From positions 15,557 to 79,556 of the forward strand of contig JADFYJ010000012.1 of NCBI GenBank assembly GCA_015233115.1: 64,000 nt of DNA, written 5' to 3'. The position numbers were made by a program, and so were the translations under genes. The notes beneath the pieces were generated by a model. It was not told the origin of the DNA and searched no databases. It saw only the letters and a list, made by a program, of their open reading frames with translations. Position 1 is the stretch's first letter; every line of letters begins with the position of its first letter. Source of the stretch: Candidatus Omnitrophota bacterium. Lineage in GTDB: Bacteria > Omnitrophota > Gorgyraeia > Zapsychrales > Zapsychraceae. Shown in pieces: positions 36,495-51,400 of this stretch.

Positions 36495-39400
36495 CTAAGA
36501 TTTAAAAATCTCGCCTCTGACAAATCTATTTTTAAATCCTAAAATATCCTCCTGGCTGAAATGCTTGTAAAATTTACGAAGCGCATCCAGCACCTTATCC
36601 TGTTTTTCTCGATCACCGATTATTTTCAAAGCTTCCCGATAATAACGCGAAGAAATGTTCATTAAAAATTTTTTGTTGCTCAAAGACTGACCTTCCATGC
36701 TGGCAAACATTTCTACTACCACACATCGATAAATAAGACTCTCGTAAAGATTGCGATAAACATGTATTTTCTTCCATCTGGCTTGCTCAAAAAACTTTGA
36801 ACCCTTCTTCGTCCCTTCTGGAAATAATAAAACTGTCATTGCCTCTGTCATGATTTCATTCAGAATAAACTGCGCGTGTAACCATTCTAATTGATCATAC
36901 TTCAATTGTTCCGTAAAAATTTTCGTAAATTCTCTGTCTAAACTTAAATATTGTTCTTTCAACCAGGCCTGAAGCTGATTCTGCGGATGCTTCAACTGCA
37001 CAGATGAATAACCATTTCTGTTTAAAATAAAATGACATGATTCATGCCTTATCGTGTAAGGAACGGAGTGAATAGCATCTAGGGGGCTAAATCGTTCATT
37101 TGCCAAATTAATCTTCATTTCCGTTCCAGGATCATTAACCGCAAATAAAAAGCTCACCCGCGAACACACTAAATGCATTACGATATCTTCAGGGAAATAT
37201 TTGTTTGCGAGAATATCTTTGAAATACCGATAAAACAGTCTTGGTGTCCAGCCCAGACGGAAAGCAGGCTCAAAAGAATCATCATATGTCAAAAATTTTA
37301 GAAGGTTTTCTGATGATAATCGGGCTCCTTCACTCAAATAAAATCTTTGCGCAGCTAAACCATTCTTCTCATTCGATTGATATTCATAAATATCAATCTG
37401 CTCTTTAGTAAAAACAATGATTTCTTCGGGGTAACCAAGGCTCCCCAGAAAATGTTGAACACACTGCAAAACTTGTTCCCGTTTCAAATTCCAAAGTTCA
37501 TTCGTAAAAATTTCCAAATTTTCATAATTTGTTTTACTGAGTCCTTTAGACAAACTATTTAAAAATTCTTTCGTAGGGAGCTCGGTGAATTTATCGCTCT
37601 TTTTCAAATATTCCACCAAAGCCAAATCGCGCAAGGCTCGCAAAAATCCTTTATATAATTTAATTTTGTCTACGGACAATCCCCTTTTGCCTATCAAAAA
37701 ACACATCAGGCTTTTTTGAGATTTAAATGTCATGCCATGCGTTAGGATGTTTTGTAACGACACTTCGGCAGACAAAGGCTCAAGCAGCCGTTGATCGAAA
37801 AGAGTTGATTCATTGGCTAAATCGAGCGCATTTTGAATCCTGATAAATTCTTCACAATATGCCAGAATTTCACCTGTATCCTCAATCAAAATAATCCCTT
37901 CTTGGGCAAGCCGCGGATGCATGTGTTCTTCAAAATCGAGCACAGTCCGGATCATTTTTTCCGCTTCATCAATACTTTGCAATTGCCACATCTGCTCACT
38001 CAACTCACAGAATAACTGATAATCTTCGTTAAACCTGCGCTCATCTTTCTGTTTTAATGCTTGGACTCTGTGCTCGCGCTCTTGACGAGCTTGTTCTTTC
38101 TGTCGCAACATATTCTCAGTCTTTAACCTTACCAAACGATCCGCCTCAGCCGTTGCTTCTGTCTGTTTCTGAACCCGATCCCGATTTCTTTGTTCATCTG
38201 CTATAGCGGTGCGCCATTTCTTAATCTGTCGGGTAATGTTGCGGATATCTGCCGGACGAAAATCTATTTCTCCCAAACCCGCCTCGATTTGTTCCAATTC
38301 TTCTTTCAGTCCTGCTAAATCATGCGTTTTGATATTTTGAAAAATCTTTTTTAATCCCTCTACTTTTTGCAGGAAATTTAATTTTTGCTCTGCTTTTTTA
38401 TTTTGTATTTGCTTTTCTTTTTTAGCTTCAAATTTTTTGACAAACCGCGCCCAATATTCTTTCCCATCTGAAAACATAAAAATTCCCGCAAGAAATACCA
38501 AAACGAATAAAGCAACGACGACAGTGATATTTTTTGTAACCATTAAAGAACCAAAGATAACCCCCGCAACAACTATCACAAAAAGCAAAGCATTTAATAT
38601 CGAACCGGTTTGACCGGAATGAAAACTTCTTGATCCTGCTAAAATGGCACACCGGGCATTTAATTTTTTTTGTGCTTGATCGATCTCTTCCATCTTTTTA
38701 TTAAAATCAGGAACAATTTCCTGCGGCGGGACCAAAGACAAAATCAATTCTTTAATCATCTGTGATATGCCAGATTGCGGCTTGGAAGAAACAGCCAATT
38801 TTCTCGTTGTTTTAAAATAGGTAACGGCTGATGATGTCGCGAATCCTAACCATAATGAATAAAAAATAATTCGCTGTAAAACTGTCGGGCTTGCCGTTAA
38901 CATTGGCAAAGCAAACAACGCGCCGAACATGGCGAACAGCACCATGCCATACGAATGAAGCATTGTATCTCCGGCCTTATGTATCTCTAATGCTTCCCAC
39001 GTTTGGATCATGGATTCCGCTTGTAAAATTTCTTGGGGACTATTACAAGAATAAAATTTGTCTTTCTCATCAAGATTTGCCACCGTAACTGTCATATTGC
39101 GCCGTCGCATCTCTTTTAGAATCTCCCCCACTGAAAAACTTTTTTGGCTGTCCGCAAAATAAGCCAAGACTTCTAATAATTTTGACTTTGTAAAAAGGAT
39201 GACATTAGTGTTGCATTCTTTAATGGCCTTAACTTCAGACATAGGAATATCCTGCTCGAATATTGTCCCCTTGCCGATTGCGATAGATGTCTCATTAAAT
39301 CTGGAGGGTTCAACTATTTGATAAAAAGAACCATTGGATTGGCGGATTACTCTTCCAAAATTCAATGGTTCTTGGTTGTGAACAGTTAAAACAACAGCCG

Positions 39401-42400
39401 CTTGCTCACGGCATTGAGTTTGGATCATCGTCGTAATAAAAACATCATTCGGATAAATATCATCCAAATTCATGACCAAAACATATTCACAGGGATCAGC
39501 CGCTAGCGCGTCTTGAATAAATAAAAAATTATTTCCCGTATTGATCAGACCCGTTCCATCCGGAGCGGATACGCGATGAAAACACGGAGCATTTTTACCG
39601 TAACGATTTATAATACTTTGTTCTAGAGCCGGAGCACCAAATCCTGTTATAATAGTGACTGGTATTTCAAGTTTAAGCAATTTATCGAGCGTGTACGAGT
39701 AGATAGGACGACCATTAACCTCAATTAAGGGTTTAGGCATGTTTATGGTCGCTCTGGCTCTTTTGCCTCGCCCTGCTCCTAACACATAAGCCCGGACAGA
39801 TAAACCACTCTCTCTTTTCAAAAATTCCTTAATGTAACTCGCGCTCCCCGCAAAACCAATTTTCCCTCTAATATAAAGCTGTTCTCCTAGCTTAACCAAG
39901 GCCTTGGCCTCTTCTAAAGATGTAACATTAACCCACCTGTAATCACTGCTGGGAATTTCGCAATACGCGTGCTTCGACGAGCTCATGGCCTCAATCGAAT
40001 CAAAAAGCTGTCTGGTATTTTTCAGCATAAAGTTAAAGGTTTTGTCCATGACCGGATACGGCACCACAATATAATTGCCCTCGCCTGCCTGCTTAGCGGC
40101 CCATTGCAATACTTTTTCTCCGATTCCCTGCCTGGTATCCTGGACCCTAAAAACATGAACCATTAATCGCATTTCTTTGTGACCGGTGATCAGCCGGGCT
40201 TCCACAAAACCTATAACGGTGCCGTATTTTTCCAAAAAATATAATTCTTTGGCAAAAGGTTTCATAATCAAACCATCTGCCAAATCAACTTTACTTCCGG
40301 ACAATGCTGAACCAAACTGGGGTGGGGCCTGGGTTCTATAAGCAGAAAAACATTCTTGAAGCGTTTCTAGAGGAGAACACTCTGACCATTCCTGCACGAG
40401 TAATTCCATAATATGCGGCATATCCGCTGTTACTATCTTACTGCTCAACCAAATCAGACGTTCAATAATTTCCGCGATAGCCGCTTTTTTAAATTCATCG
40501 GTATCTTGCTGATGAAGGATTTTGAAAATTAGCGAGGCGCATATTTCAAGAAGCAATGGTTCCTCTTCACAAATTTTCGCGATATCCATGGTCATGCCAT
40601 GATGAATACAACACGGCTGCCAGGTAAAATCCACGGCGAGTTTTATGATGCTCTCGATCGCCTCAAACAAACGCTCTGTCAACTGTCCGCGAAATAATTG
40701 GACTACATGCTCAACGATTTGCTTATGGTCATCCAAACCCTTCCATGATTGGATCCGGGAAAACTCATCTAAAGGTTCTGCCCATTCGCGTAAAATTTGT
40801 CCGACCCGTGCTATTTCCTCGTCACACTTTCCCGCGAAATTCATTTGCAGATATTTCAGGTATATTTGATACAGCTCAAACAAGGCTTCCGGATCCTGGC
40901 GCAAACCTTCGCTATTCGCCGCATCATGCGACAGGTGGTTAACTTGTTCAAGTGTGGCATGAAGCAACACAGCCTGAGTGAGCCGTGTTTTTCCTGATCG
41001 GGTCGAATCTTTGATGGCGTTTAGGAAATATTGTTCCCAAAGACAATCTGAGAAGAAAAACTGTAACTGTCCGTCTACAAAACGTTCCCAAATAAAAACC
41101 GGCGGAGCGCGTTCACTTTTTTTGTTAAAAGCATAAACGTTGGGTTGTACATCTTTATCAATTGTAAGCCAATCCTTTTCAACTGGCATGACCTCTACAT
41201 TTTTCAAACTTTGCGCCGAAACGTTCAGTTCCTGTTCCGCGTTTTCAGACACGTTGCCGAATATACCGGCCATGCCAAACCAGCGGCGTTTCGCTTTTTG
41301 GACGGGATTAATAACCTGGTCGTATTCCTGCACAATTTCCTGGACTCCCCTGCATCCTGGCTGGCCATGCCATTTAGTATCAATCACCTGCTCCATCACC
41401 CGGATAAAATTATTTCCGATTTTGTCACGATTACGGGCGGATAAAATTAACTGCACCATTGGCTCTTTGTAAATACCCTGCAAATCACACAAACTAATAA
41501 CCAATTCGCCATCTTCAAAAAAAACCGTCACATAAAAATTCCGCAAAACCTTATTCCAAGAAAATTGTTTATAAAATTTTGGCTCGATATAAAGAGTGCT
41601 CCGATAGTTAGCGTGTTTTTCAGTAATCTGTTCGACTATTGCGTTGAATTGATCCAAAGTAAGAATGTTGTTATCAGGTAATTTTTTAAAAACCAAATTT
41701 TTGTTTACAAGGGGAACACCTAAAAATTCTTCCAACCAGGTTATTGGTTCCAAATGACGCCGATAGGGCACTGCCACCACTTGAGCCTCAAACGCGCCAG
41801 TCTGCAATGCCGGGACAGAAACCAGTAAAACATTTCCCATGGAATCCATTATCCGTATATCTCCCAATTCATTGGCCGCTTTCCTCGATGAAAAACTATC
41901 CTCATTCATAGCCACATGAATCCCCAAAATCAACCGTTCCTTTTGACGGGCCAAGTCGGAATTTTCGTCAGTCAAAAGGCCGCCGGCGGATTGATCCGGA
42001 TTCCATACTGACGTACCCCCGCCTTCAAAAACCAATTTAAAGGTATCCTCAAAAAATTTCGCCGAAGCCGTCATCTCAACTGAAATAAAATCTAAAATTT
42101 CCTTAGCTATCATTTCTTCGGAAATCAAATCTTCCCGATCCTTTAATTCTGTTAAGAACTCAAAAAGTTGCCCCACAAAATCATGCAAACTATTCTGGGT
42201 TATAAGCGGCCGCCCGTATAATATATCCAACTTGTGTTGTTTATCAAAAAATGCATCGAGTTGATGGCGGATTTTTACCAAAAAAATGCTCCGTAAAACA
42301 GGTATACTTTTTGTTTCACTCACCATATCCCAAACCTGTGTTGTTATTTCCAACAATGCCATACAAAGCCGCAAGTCATTTTTAATTTTTTGTTCAATTA

Positions 42401-45400
42401 TCTTCAATTCTTCAATCATTAGCGCGTGTTTGGGAATAGATCCGACCAAATAAGCTCTATGACTCAAATCTTCATAAAATACCAACCTAGCGTTTTCAAT
42501 GATAAACCGGGCGATTTCCAAAACTTTGGGATGGAAACGGTAATATCTGGCCCACAAAACCGGCAAACTTTCACCTGTTGCATTTGCCAAGCCCTTTAAC
42601 CGTTCATTAAATGCGCGGGCCTCGTTAATTTCAGTCCGTTCTTTTTCAGATTTCGCGGCTTCTGGTGATTTACCGGACAATACCTGTAAAGAATGCCACA
42701 AAGCCGGACCGCCAAAGACGGGCCGCGTAAGCCAGTTCATTTTATCTTCTTTTTTGGTTCTAATCCCGACAGATGTGGTTTGTTTAGGCAGCGACGGATC
42801 ATACTGAAATAATGACTGGAGAAATAAGTATTCACTTTTTCCAGCTAAAAAAACCAGCTCGAACTTCTGTCCGGACCGCGGTAAATCTCTTAAATAATCA
42901 AAAATCTCAACAGTAAATCCGCCTTCTAAAACCGGAGTATATGGAGAGGGCATTTCACCCGGCCATAATTTTTTGCGCGCAAAAATATCGCCGGCAATAA
43001 CCGCGCGCTTATACCCTTGGCTAATCAACCAATCAACCGCGGATTTTAAACGGCTGAGATGCCCATGGGGCTGGCTGATAAACACGTCTCGGTCAACCGT
43101 GTGATAAGCTAAATTACTGATCCATCTGCGGTATATATGATCCAACTCTCTCAAACGCGTTAAATCATATTCGGTGGCCCGCACATCAACATTCTTGACT
43201 TCATATTTGACGCGAGCCGGCCTGTTCATAGATTTCTGTAATAGAATTTCAATGGTATTGATATCATTGAATTTTAACTCGTATTTAGTTCTTGCTGTTG
43301 TGTTCAAGGCTTTTCGCAATATAACAGCAATTTTATTTATATCTTTTGGCTTCAACTTATTAATAGCCTCTATAATCTGCTCTTTGCTCTTTTTATTTAA
43401 ATTTAAACGCACCTGTCGAAAAGATATTTTCCCCCAAACAGTATTTTGGGTATCCGGATCTAAAACCGTGCCTTTCAGCGACTTGATTTTTATAAGAGAC
43501 GCTTTCTTAACGACCTCGTAACTCGCCCCCGCGTTTTCTTTTCGAATAACTTTTATAGCTTCAAAAACCTTATCTGTAATTAGCCGAAGCTGGACTTTAC
43601 GATCAATGACATTGCTCTGGTCAGTGCCTTGATCCGCGATAATGAGCACCAGAGCACTTTTTGTGATACGGGCTAAAGCGGCCCGGGTCTCTTCCATAAT
43701 TTTACTGACATGCACGTTGCCGCGAATCACTAAAACAGCTTCAGAACGTTCATCCGGCGTTTCTATACCAACAACTTGCGGTTCGTTATCTTCACCTTTT
43801 AACCATTCTCTCCATCGGCAAGGCTGTCCTTCAATAATATAACGTCCATGGACGTACCCGCTGATCATGTTATCGATTTCTGCTGGCGTTAATTTTGTTC
43901 TGCGGCGGGAAACGGGATAATAATATCCGCTGGCAGTTCTCCGTTCCCCCCTCAGCTTTACAAAATAAGTCGCTAAAGATGAAAAATACATTGTGTATAA
44001 CAATAGACCAAAAACATATCCCAGCGATACAGGCGTAACTGGAAATCCAAATAAAAAGCCTATCATTAACCCGCCCGAAATAAACAAAAGCTTTTTAGCC
44101 ATCGGATAACAAAACGTCATTTGTACCGCAAATGTTTCATCCCGGAAGCCCATAAGATAATGCAAAGTGGCGTGAAAATAGATAATTTTTTGAATAAACG
44201 GCGGAACAAAGCGCATAGCTTTAAAATCAATAAACATTTCACCAAAACCCCGGCTGAACTTGACATACTCAATTTTATGAAGAGATTCCGGATCGCGTTC
44301 ATAAAGATCGCGGATATCGCGCGCCTTGTGTAAATCCTTAAATTCAGGAATAAGTTCGTAATTGTTTCGCTGGAACCAGAAGTTATTCAAACGGAAATCC
44401 ATTGCCGACTCAATGAAACTTGCCGTAGCTAAGGGAAGAATGATCATGGAAGCCAAAACACTTAAGCAAGTGACATCCACCCATAATGCGCAGGGGATCA
44501 AAAAACGGGCAACGCCGTATATTAAAAAACCCACATATCCGGCATACGCACCGTAGCGGATACTCTCGTCTATGGCATTGCCTGTAGACGGCTCTTCTTC
44601 TGGGAACATCTGCGAATTTTTCACCAGCCATTTTGACGCGGTTAAATTTTTATCCGCAAGTGCTTTTGAAAAATATATTTGCTTTTTAAAATCCCATTCA
44701 TCTTGTTCGCCAATATACGTTTTTTTAGGATAATAACCTAACCAGTCATACAAAGCTTTTTGATCTTCACCTTTGGTAATATCAATCAATACAAAATCAT
44801 CTAACTCCTGTTCAAAATACCACTGTAAATATTCGATCCTGGCGATCGGTAATGGCTGACGGTCATCATTCGCGGTGAGCTTATCATCACTCTTTTGTCC
44901 TGGATAACCGGCAGAAAATTGGCCGTCTGTAAAGCTTAAATAAAATTTGCGTTTTTCAAATATAACTTCCAGCCACTGATGGAAATACTGTCGCGAACGG
45001 TCCCAGCCATCTTTCCGGGTTAATGTTATTCGAGGGCCAAAACGATTTTGTAAAATAAGCTCTGAAAGGCCTGAAGCATAGACACAGGTACGTGGATAAG
45101 TAAGGCCGTGTGAACCATCTGCCAAAAGAACTTCGCTTCCGGCGATAAGCTCGTATTGGACCGGTCGGTTTATCTCACGGATAAACGCTATCAGCTGTGA
45201 TGCGGAAGAAATTTCCATCAAATACGCGTTTAATTCCTGCTCTACAGCCAAAAACGAAAATTTGTATTCTTTTGCATGCGTTTCTTCATGAGTTATTATG
45301 GCCTGTCGAACAGCGGTGGGTAAGAAATAAAATGCCGGATGGTAATAAATTTTCCCGTCGATGGTCTGGGCCATTTCAAAGAAAGCAAATCTAGTTTCCA

Positions 45401-48400
45401 CAGGCGGCGCCCAATAACCAAACGTTATGGCTTTCAAAAAATAATATATCGCCAACGCGGAAATAATACACCCATCGTGCCATAAAAGTTGAGCCAAACC
45501 GCGCCAGCCTGTTTCCCTATGGATATCGTGCCACAGCGAAAACCAGGCAAAAACCCGACGAGCCATGATTATGGGTGCCAGATCCAACAACGCCGGATCT
45601 GAAAATTCGCCTTGCTGACCGTTACCACGGTTCACGCTGACCCAAACCGCATCAAATTTTTTGAAAGGCAGCTTCCCGGCAAAAGGATGAATGGGTTCTA
45701 GATAAAAAGGTGAATCTCGCTGAATATCGCAGCCAAAAGATAACTCCAGAGTATATTCCGACAAATATACCGCCATACTGTTACTTATACTTTCTACGTC
45801 CTGTGCGTAGGCCCAATAATCGATTAAAAACAAGGGGCAAACGCTCTCGCTTTGTCCTATCGAAGCGGTATCTAAAGATTTGATAACAATTTTAATGATT
45901 CTTTTTTTATTCTCCCCTCGTGGTTTAAATACGGCAACATGATCAAGATTTTTGACGTAAACTGAATTTTTCGGCAATGCCAACAATTTATGTAGCAAAT
46001 CACCAAAAACAATTGCAGATGCGTCCTTCCATCCAGTCAAACCCTTCCGATGATTAATCGCCGAATCCAAGACCTCATTAATTTCTTTGGTCATAAAAAA
46101 TTCAACAAATCCGGAGTTAACTTGTTCTATATTGATCTTCATTTCCGGCACTAAATCCACATAAAGTTCAACCGCGCATCCAGCCCCCCTGACTAAAGTT
46201 TGCACGACGCTGAATATGTCCTTCGCTACAGCTGATGTCAACAAAGCGTAATCCAGCACAAAAATATTTTTGTCGAAAAATTCCGCTTGATCGGCCACAT
46301 ATTCAGCTAAATTATCAAAACCAAATTTATCTAAATACTGGCGGACCTCGGCCATCATGTTGACCCGGTTAATGCCCATGTCCCCATTACAGCAGATTTC
46401 ATCCCGACTATTTTTCATAGACTCTTCATATTGTCGGATCATTTCGCGGCGTAAATGCTGAAGTAAAACAATCAATGGACTTACTTCGTCCTTTTTGTGC
46501 TCTGGGCAAACCAAAACAGCAAACGCGCTCTCTCGTGCATGAAGGCTCCCTTTTAGATCAAGCAAGCCTAAATCCCGACGTTCTTCATCGGGAATTTGAC
46601 AGTTCTTTTTAGCTTGTTTTTCAATTTCTTCATCAATAGCTTTACGTAATTCCGGGCTCTCTTCATATCCAGCTTCCCGGAAAGCGCCATAAGCCTCATG
46701 GGCTAATACTTCCTGCCTTAAATCTCTCGGCGCTTTATACCAAAGCCCTTCTGCGACCCATATCTGAATTTTTTTATGATCCTCATCTATACTCCTCGTC
46801 GCAAAGATATCTCGTCCAGGAGCAAAATCCTCAGCCGGAAAATCCTCGTTCTGTAGCACGCCCAACCCATATGTTTTTCCCCGCGTCCCTGTAGATAAAG
46901 GCGACACGACCATATAAGATATGTTCCATCCGTTCGCGAAATTTTCTAAATCGGCCGCATTAATACCCCGCTTTCTTAAGCCATCTAAAATAAACTGCCA
47001 ATAAGTTTTTTTAAAATCATTAGAGTGGATTAATGCTTTTTTGAAAATTGTATCCATAATCCGTTCCGCCACAGCCTGAACCTTTCGAGGGAGCTGATAT
47101 CCGCAGGCCGACACGGCGCCTCGCGATCCAAACACTACACAAATATCTGTTAGATAATACCGGCGGGCACCTGGAAAACGCTCTTTAAGGTCTAATGAGA
47201 AAACAACTTCTTTTACGGCCTGGCCCTGCCAGTCAAAAGGCTGGTCATAAATAATCTTGATCCTGGTTTCTTCACCATTATTAGATGAAATTATTTTTTT
47301 GCGGCCCTCTTTCAACATGCGCGCTATTATATCTGGAGTTTCTGGAGCAGTACTTATTCTTATTCCCTCTGCCTCCCTGCCGCGTACTCTAAAAGCAAGA
47401 CGAATATTAGACAACACCTTATCGTGCTCACCATTAATATCTAAAGAGAAATCTGACCGACGAATTGATTTTCGCCAATACCAAAAATAGAAATCTCTTA
47501 ATTCTCCCCTTTTATACCGGTTATTTTTACCAAATAAGGGGAACGCATTAATAATTTCCCATACCTTCCCTTGCTCGGAATCTTTTCTTAAAGAAACGCC
47601 CACATGCATAAACTCAATACCAAAACGGCCAGACTCATCTTCGGTTAAAAAATAACGATAGCAATCATCACCCGACAATGTATTAGTGTGGTAACCTTTT
47701 TCTAAAGTCAAAAGAATTAAACCCAGGATCTGATGGTCAGAAAGATGTTGAGGAAAAATAGAATCACCGCTCGGACGTAAAAGTTTCCCTGCTATAGTAT
47801 GACGAGCCAAGATATGACGCCAGCCCTTTGTTGAAGCCGCGCCTTGTTTAAGAATAAATTGTTGCTGCTTATTATTGTATTCACGCGTTAACGAAAACAC
47901 TTCCTGCTCCATAAAGTCACGCGTAATAAGAACTTCATTGTCCCGGTTCACTGGTTCCGGTCCTTTACTTTCAGCGGAGACTTCTTCTGGCTCAGTATTT
48001 TCCTTATTTTCAGTAGATAAAGGCTGACTCTTTATAAAGGTATTTTTATTAGTGAACCGGTATTTAATTAACGTCCAAATCGCGCTGACACCATCGATCC
48101 AGTTAATGGATTTGCCCTGTTCAATGGTCCGGGGAGTCCATTGAATTTGTTTTTCAATTATTTTGTGCCCTAAACGAAGCACTTTGGCAGTAATTTCTGG
48201 CTCTAATTCAAAGTGCTCGCCTTTTAAAACTAACTGTCGTAGAAGACGAGTCCGATAGAGTTTATATCCAGTCGGTTCATCAGTAATTTGAGAACGGTAT
48301 AAGAAATTTGTCAACCAGGTCAAAAGCCGGCCGCCAAAATAAAATCTCATATACGGGACGTTTTCGGGTTCATGTTCTAGACGGCGGGAACCATAAACCA

Positions 48401-51400
48401 CGTCCACGTTAGGCTGTTCAAACAATTCCACTAAACCCGGAATATCGTTCGGATCATATTCACCGTCGCTATCCTGAACCACGAAAATCTCTCCCGTAGC
48501 CGCCTGAAGCGCGGAGCGGACGGTCATGCCTTTTCCCATATTGGAAGGATGCTCAATAACCACGACATTAGGCTGATTTGCCAAAGAGCGTAACTGGTTT
48601 AAAATAGCCGGGTTGGCCTTATTCACTCCGTCGATAACAATAATAATTTCTTTGTTGATAGGAAGGGCTTGCACGTGTTCGAAAACAGAAAATATAGTGA
48701 TTCGCTTAGCGCGCGACGGCATCACAATAGAAATTTTTACTTGCGGTAATGCCATCAATGCTGACCTGGTTGGTGATCCAGATAACCCCGCGTCATGCTT
48801 GCCAAACATTTTGACTAAAGCATCTCTCCTGAGCTTTAAGGCAAACTTAATATATTCCGCCAAACCTCCAGCTTTGATAGCGGCATGGAAGGTATTTATG
48901 GGTGCCATGCGTTGATAACGAGCTTTACGATTCCAGCGTCCGGCTTTATTTTCTGTTTCCAATTGCCTAATCCACTGAGCGAGGATGGCAAGGCCCTGTT
49001 CTCCTGAGGGCATTCCTGACCTATCCACAATCGTGGCGATTTGTTCATCCGTAATCGAGCCGATGCGCTCTACCAAGGCGGAAAGATAATGTTCGTTTTG
49101 CGCCGCGAATCCATAAGCTTCATTGACAATATCTCTTGAGCCTAAACGGGGCGAACGTAAAATATCCTGCATAATCAATGCGTCCATGCTCGCGGGAAAA
49201 GGTAAAAATCCACCTGTGGCGCGGAACATTAAAGAACAACCAAAATCAATGTGCAGAACCGGCGGACCGCGTATGTCATCCGAACGTTTAAAAAGCATAT
49301 TTTTAGGAACACGATCCCTCTCTCCTAGTAATAAACTTAAAATAAATGCGCCTTGTATTTCAGCAGTATGATGAAAAGGCGCATCCAACCATAATCCTCC
49401 CATACGGTAACCTTCGGCATATTCCATGGCCAAGACATCAGCCATATCTGGTTCCGCGTTAGTCGTCTGCTGTAATTTACCAAACCGGTCCCTTTGTTGC
49501 ACCTTGACACGCTGCATTTTAACAACCGGCAATCCTAATAATGCGAAAAACTTATGGGCGATAATCTCGGTCCAGATCAAATAATCAACGCCGCTCTTAA
49601 TAAGAATTTTTTCGCCGGCCAGTGAATCCGTGTGCACATCAATGGGGTTAGTAAAAAACCGAGTGACGTCTAAAGGCTTTACAAATGAAAATCTCGAATC
49701 TAATTTGCCTCTGTCATCCGCGTAATTTCCTTCGGCTAAATGAATAAGTTCTTCACCTTTAATAGCGGCAATAGCTTCCGGAGTCCTTAAACCTTGTAAA
49801 AGATCCTGTTCTGTTGGAGCGGAATACCGTCGGATCAGCATTCGTCCTTCCCGTCCGTACAATTTAACCATGGCATCATCAATCGTTTGCCGCGCTTCCG
49901 GATCTTTAACCTGTTGGAGAGCCTGCCTCATATAGCGTCGAATCGAAACTTTAACCGGCCGCATTTCTCCTAATATAAAAGCCGCGCTTTCCACAATCCA
50001 CGGTTGGCGGGACAATAAATTCTGACGAAGAACTTTAACCAGCGTCGGGTTTTCCAGTTTTCCGCGCACCGGAATGATGGCTTCGATAACCGCGATCCAC
50101 GCTTCTTTTTCCGCTTCCCGTTGAAAGGAATCGAGGCACCGTTTAAACGCCGGCGCCCAAATTTCAAAATCAAAACTCTCCAACATTTCCGTTAATATTT
50201 CCTTGGCGTTTTTCCATAAATCTTCGTCTAAGGTTTTATGAATTAAGACCGCGAAAATTTTTTCTAAAATTTCAAAACGTTCCCCCCTGTTCAGCTCGCC
50301 AAAATATCTTGATCGTATCGCCCACAAATGCGCTATCCGGTTTGATAAAACGTCACCTGCGCCTGCTGTTGGCTCAGAAGCCCAATTAAAATAATATGCC
50401 GCTCTAGGATTTTTATTAAAATGCTCCCGGTAACTCAACACTAATTGTGCCGAGTTCCACACGTACTGTTGATCCGCGTTATAAAAACTTGGAACACGCA
50501 GCTTTAGAAAATTCCGGTATATAAAAAATTGGGCAAACAACTCTTTTGCATAAACATAACCGTGCATAGCCGTGATGATAATCGGAATAAACCAAGAAGC
50601 CGCTATTGTCAATAAACTTCCTGGATACATTTTTTGCCGTAACCGCATTAACCGGCTCAACATAATCGGCGCGTCTTTTTCCAGATCAACCGACGTGCCT
50701 TTTTTGTCTTCATTCCAAACAATAGGAACCTCTTTTAAACGGTATCCTGCTATAGCGGCTAAAAACAAAAGCTCGACATCAAAAGACATTTGCCGGTCTT
50801 CCGCACGACTTAAAATATCTTCCAGCGCTTCTCTCGAAAATGCTTTAAACCCGCATTGCGTATCCGAGACCCGCTTTAAGGGAGGGAATAAACTATGAAT
50901 AAAAAAATTAAAAACAAAACTGGATAAGCGAGCCTGTTCTGATCGGCCTTGCGTTTTAGCATCCTTGACATAACGCGATCCGAACACCACATCCGCGGTC
51001 TGTTTGACCAAACTATCGAGTAAGAGATGAATTTGTTTTAAATCTGTCGATAAATCTGTATCCGTGTAAAACACATAATCCGCTCCATTTCTAAGTGCGT
51101 CACGCATTCCATATAAAACCGCCCCACCTTTTTTTGATTCGTCAACTGAACTTAACCCCTCTTGGGCCAAAACATCTTCCAGCGCCAAAGTCCGCACTTG
51201 ATGATTTTTAACAAATTCCGCGAAATCTGGATTAGACCTTAAAATCTGATCAATAAGTTGTTTCGTTTCCTGTAAGGGAGACCCATCATCAACAAACACA
51301 ACTTCCCACACTGTGTCAACATGGTTCCGGAAAGCTTCCTTCATTTGCGCTAATTTTTCATAAAGAGAATTTTGTCCGTCAACATGAAAATTGGGATGCC

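Noticed and set aside
41140-43521. Several 60-115-aa plus-strand ORFs inside the giant gene (e.g. 41140..41472, 43174..43521)
   Set aside because: All are antisense to the uninterrupted 27.5-kb minus-strand frame. They have no SD and no recognisable motifs.
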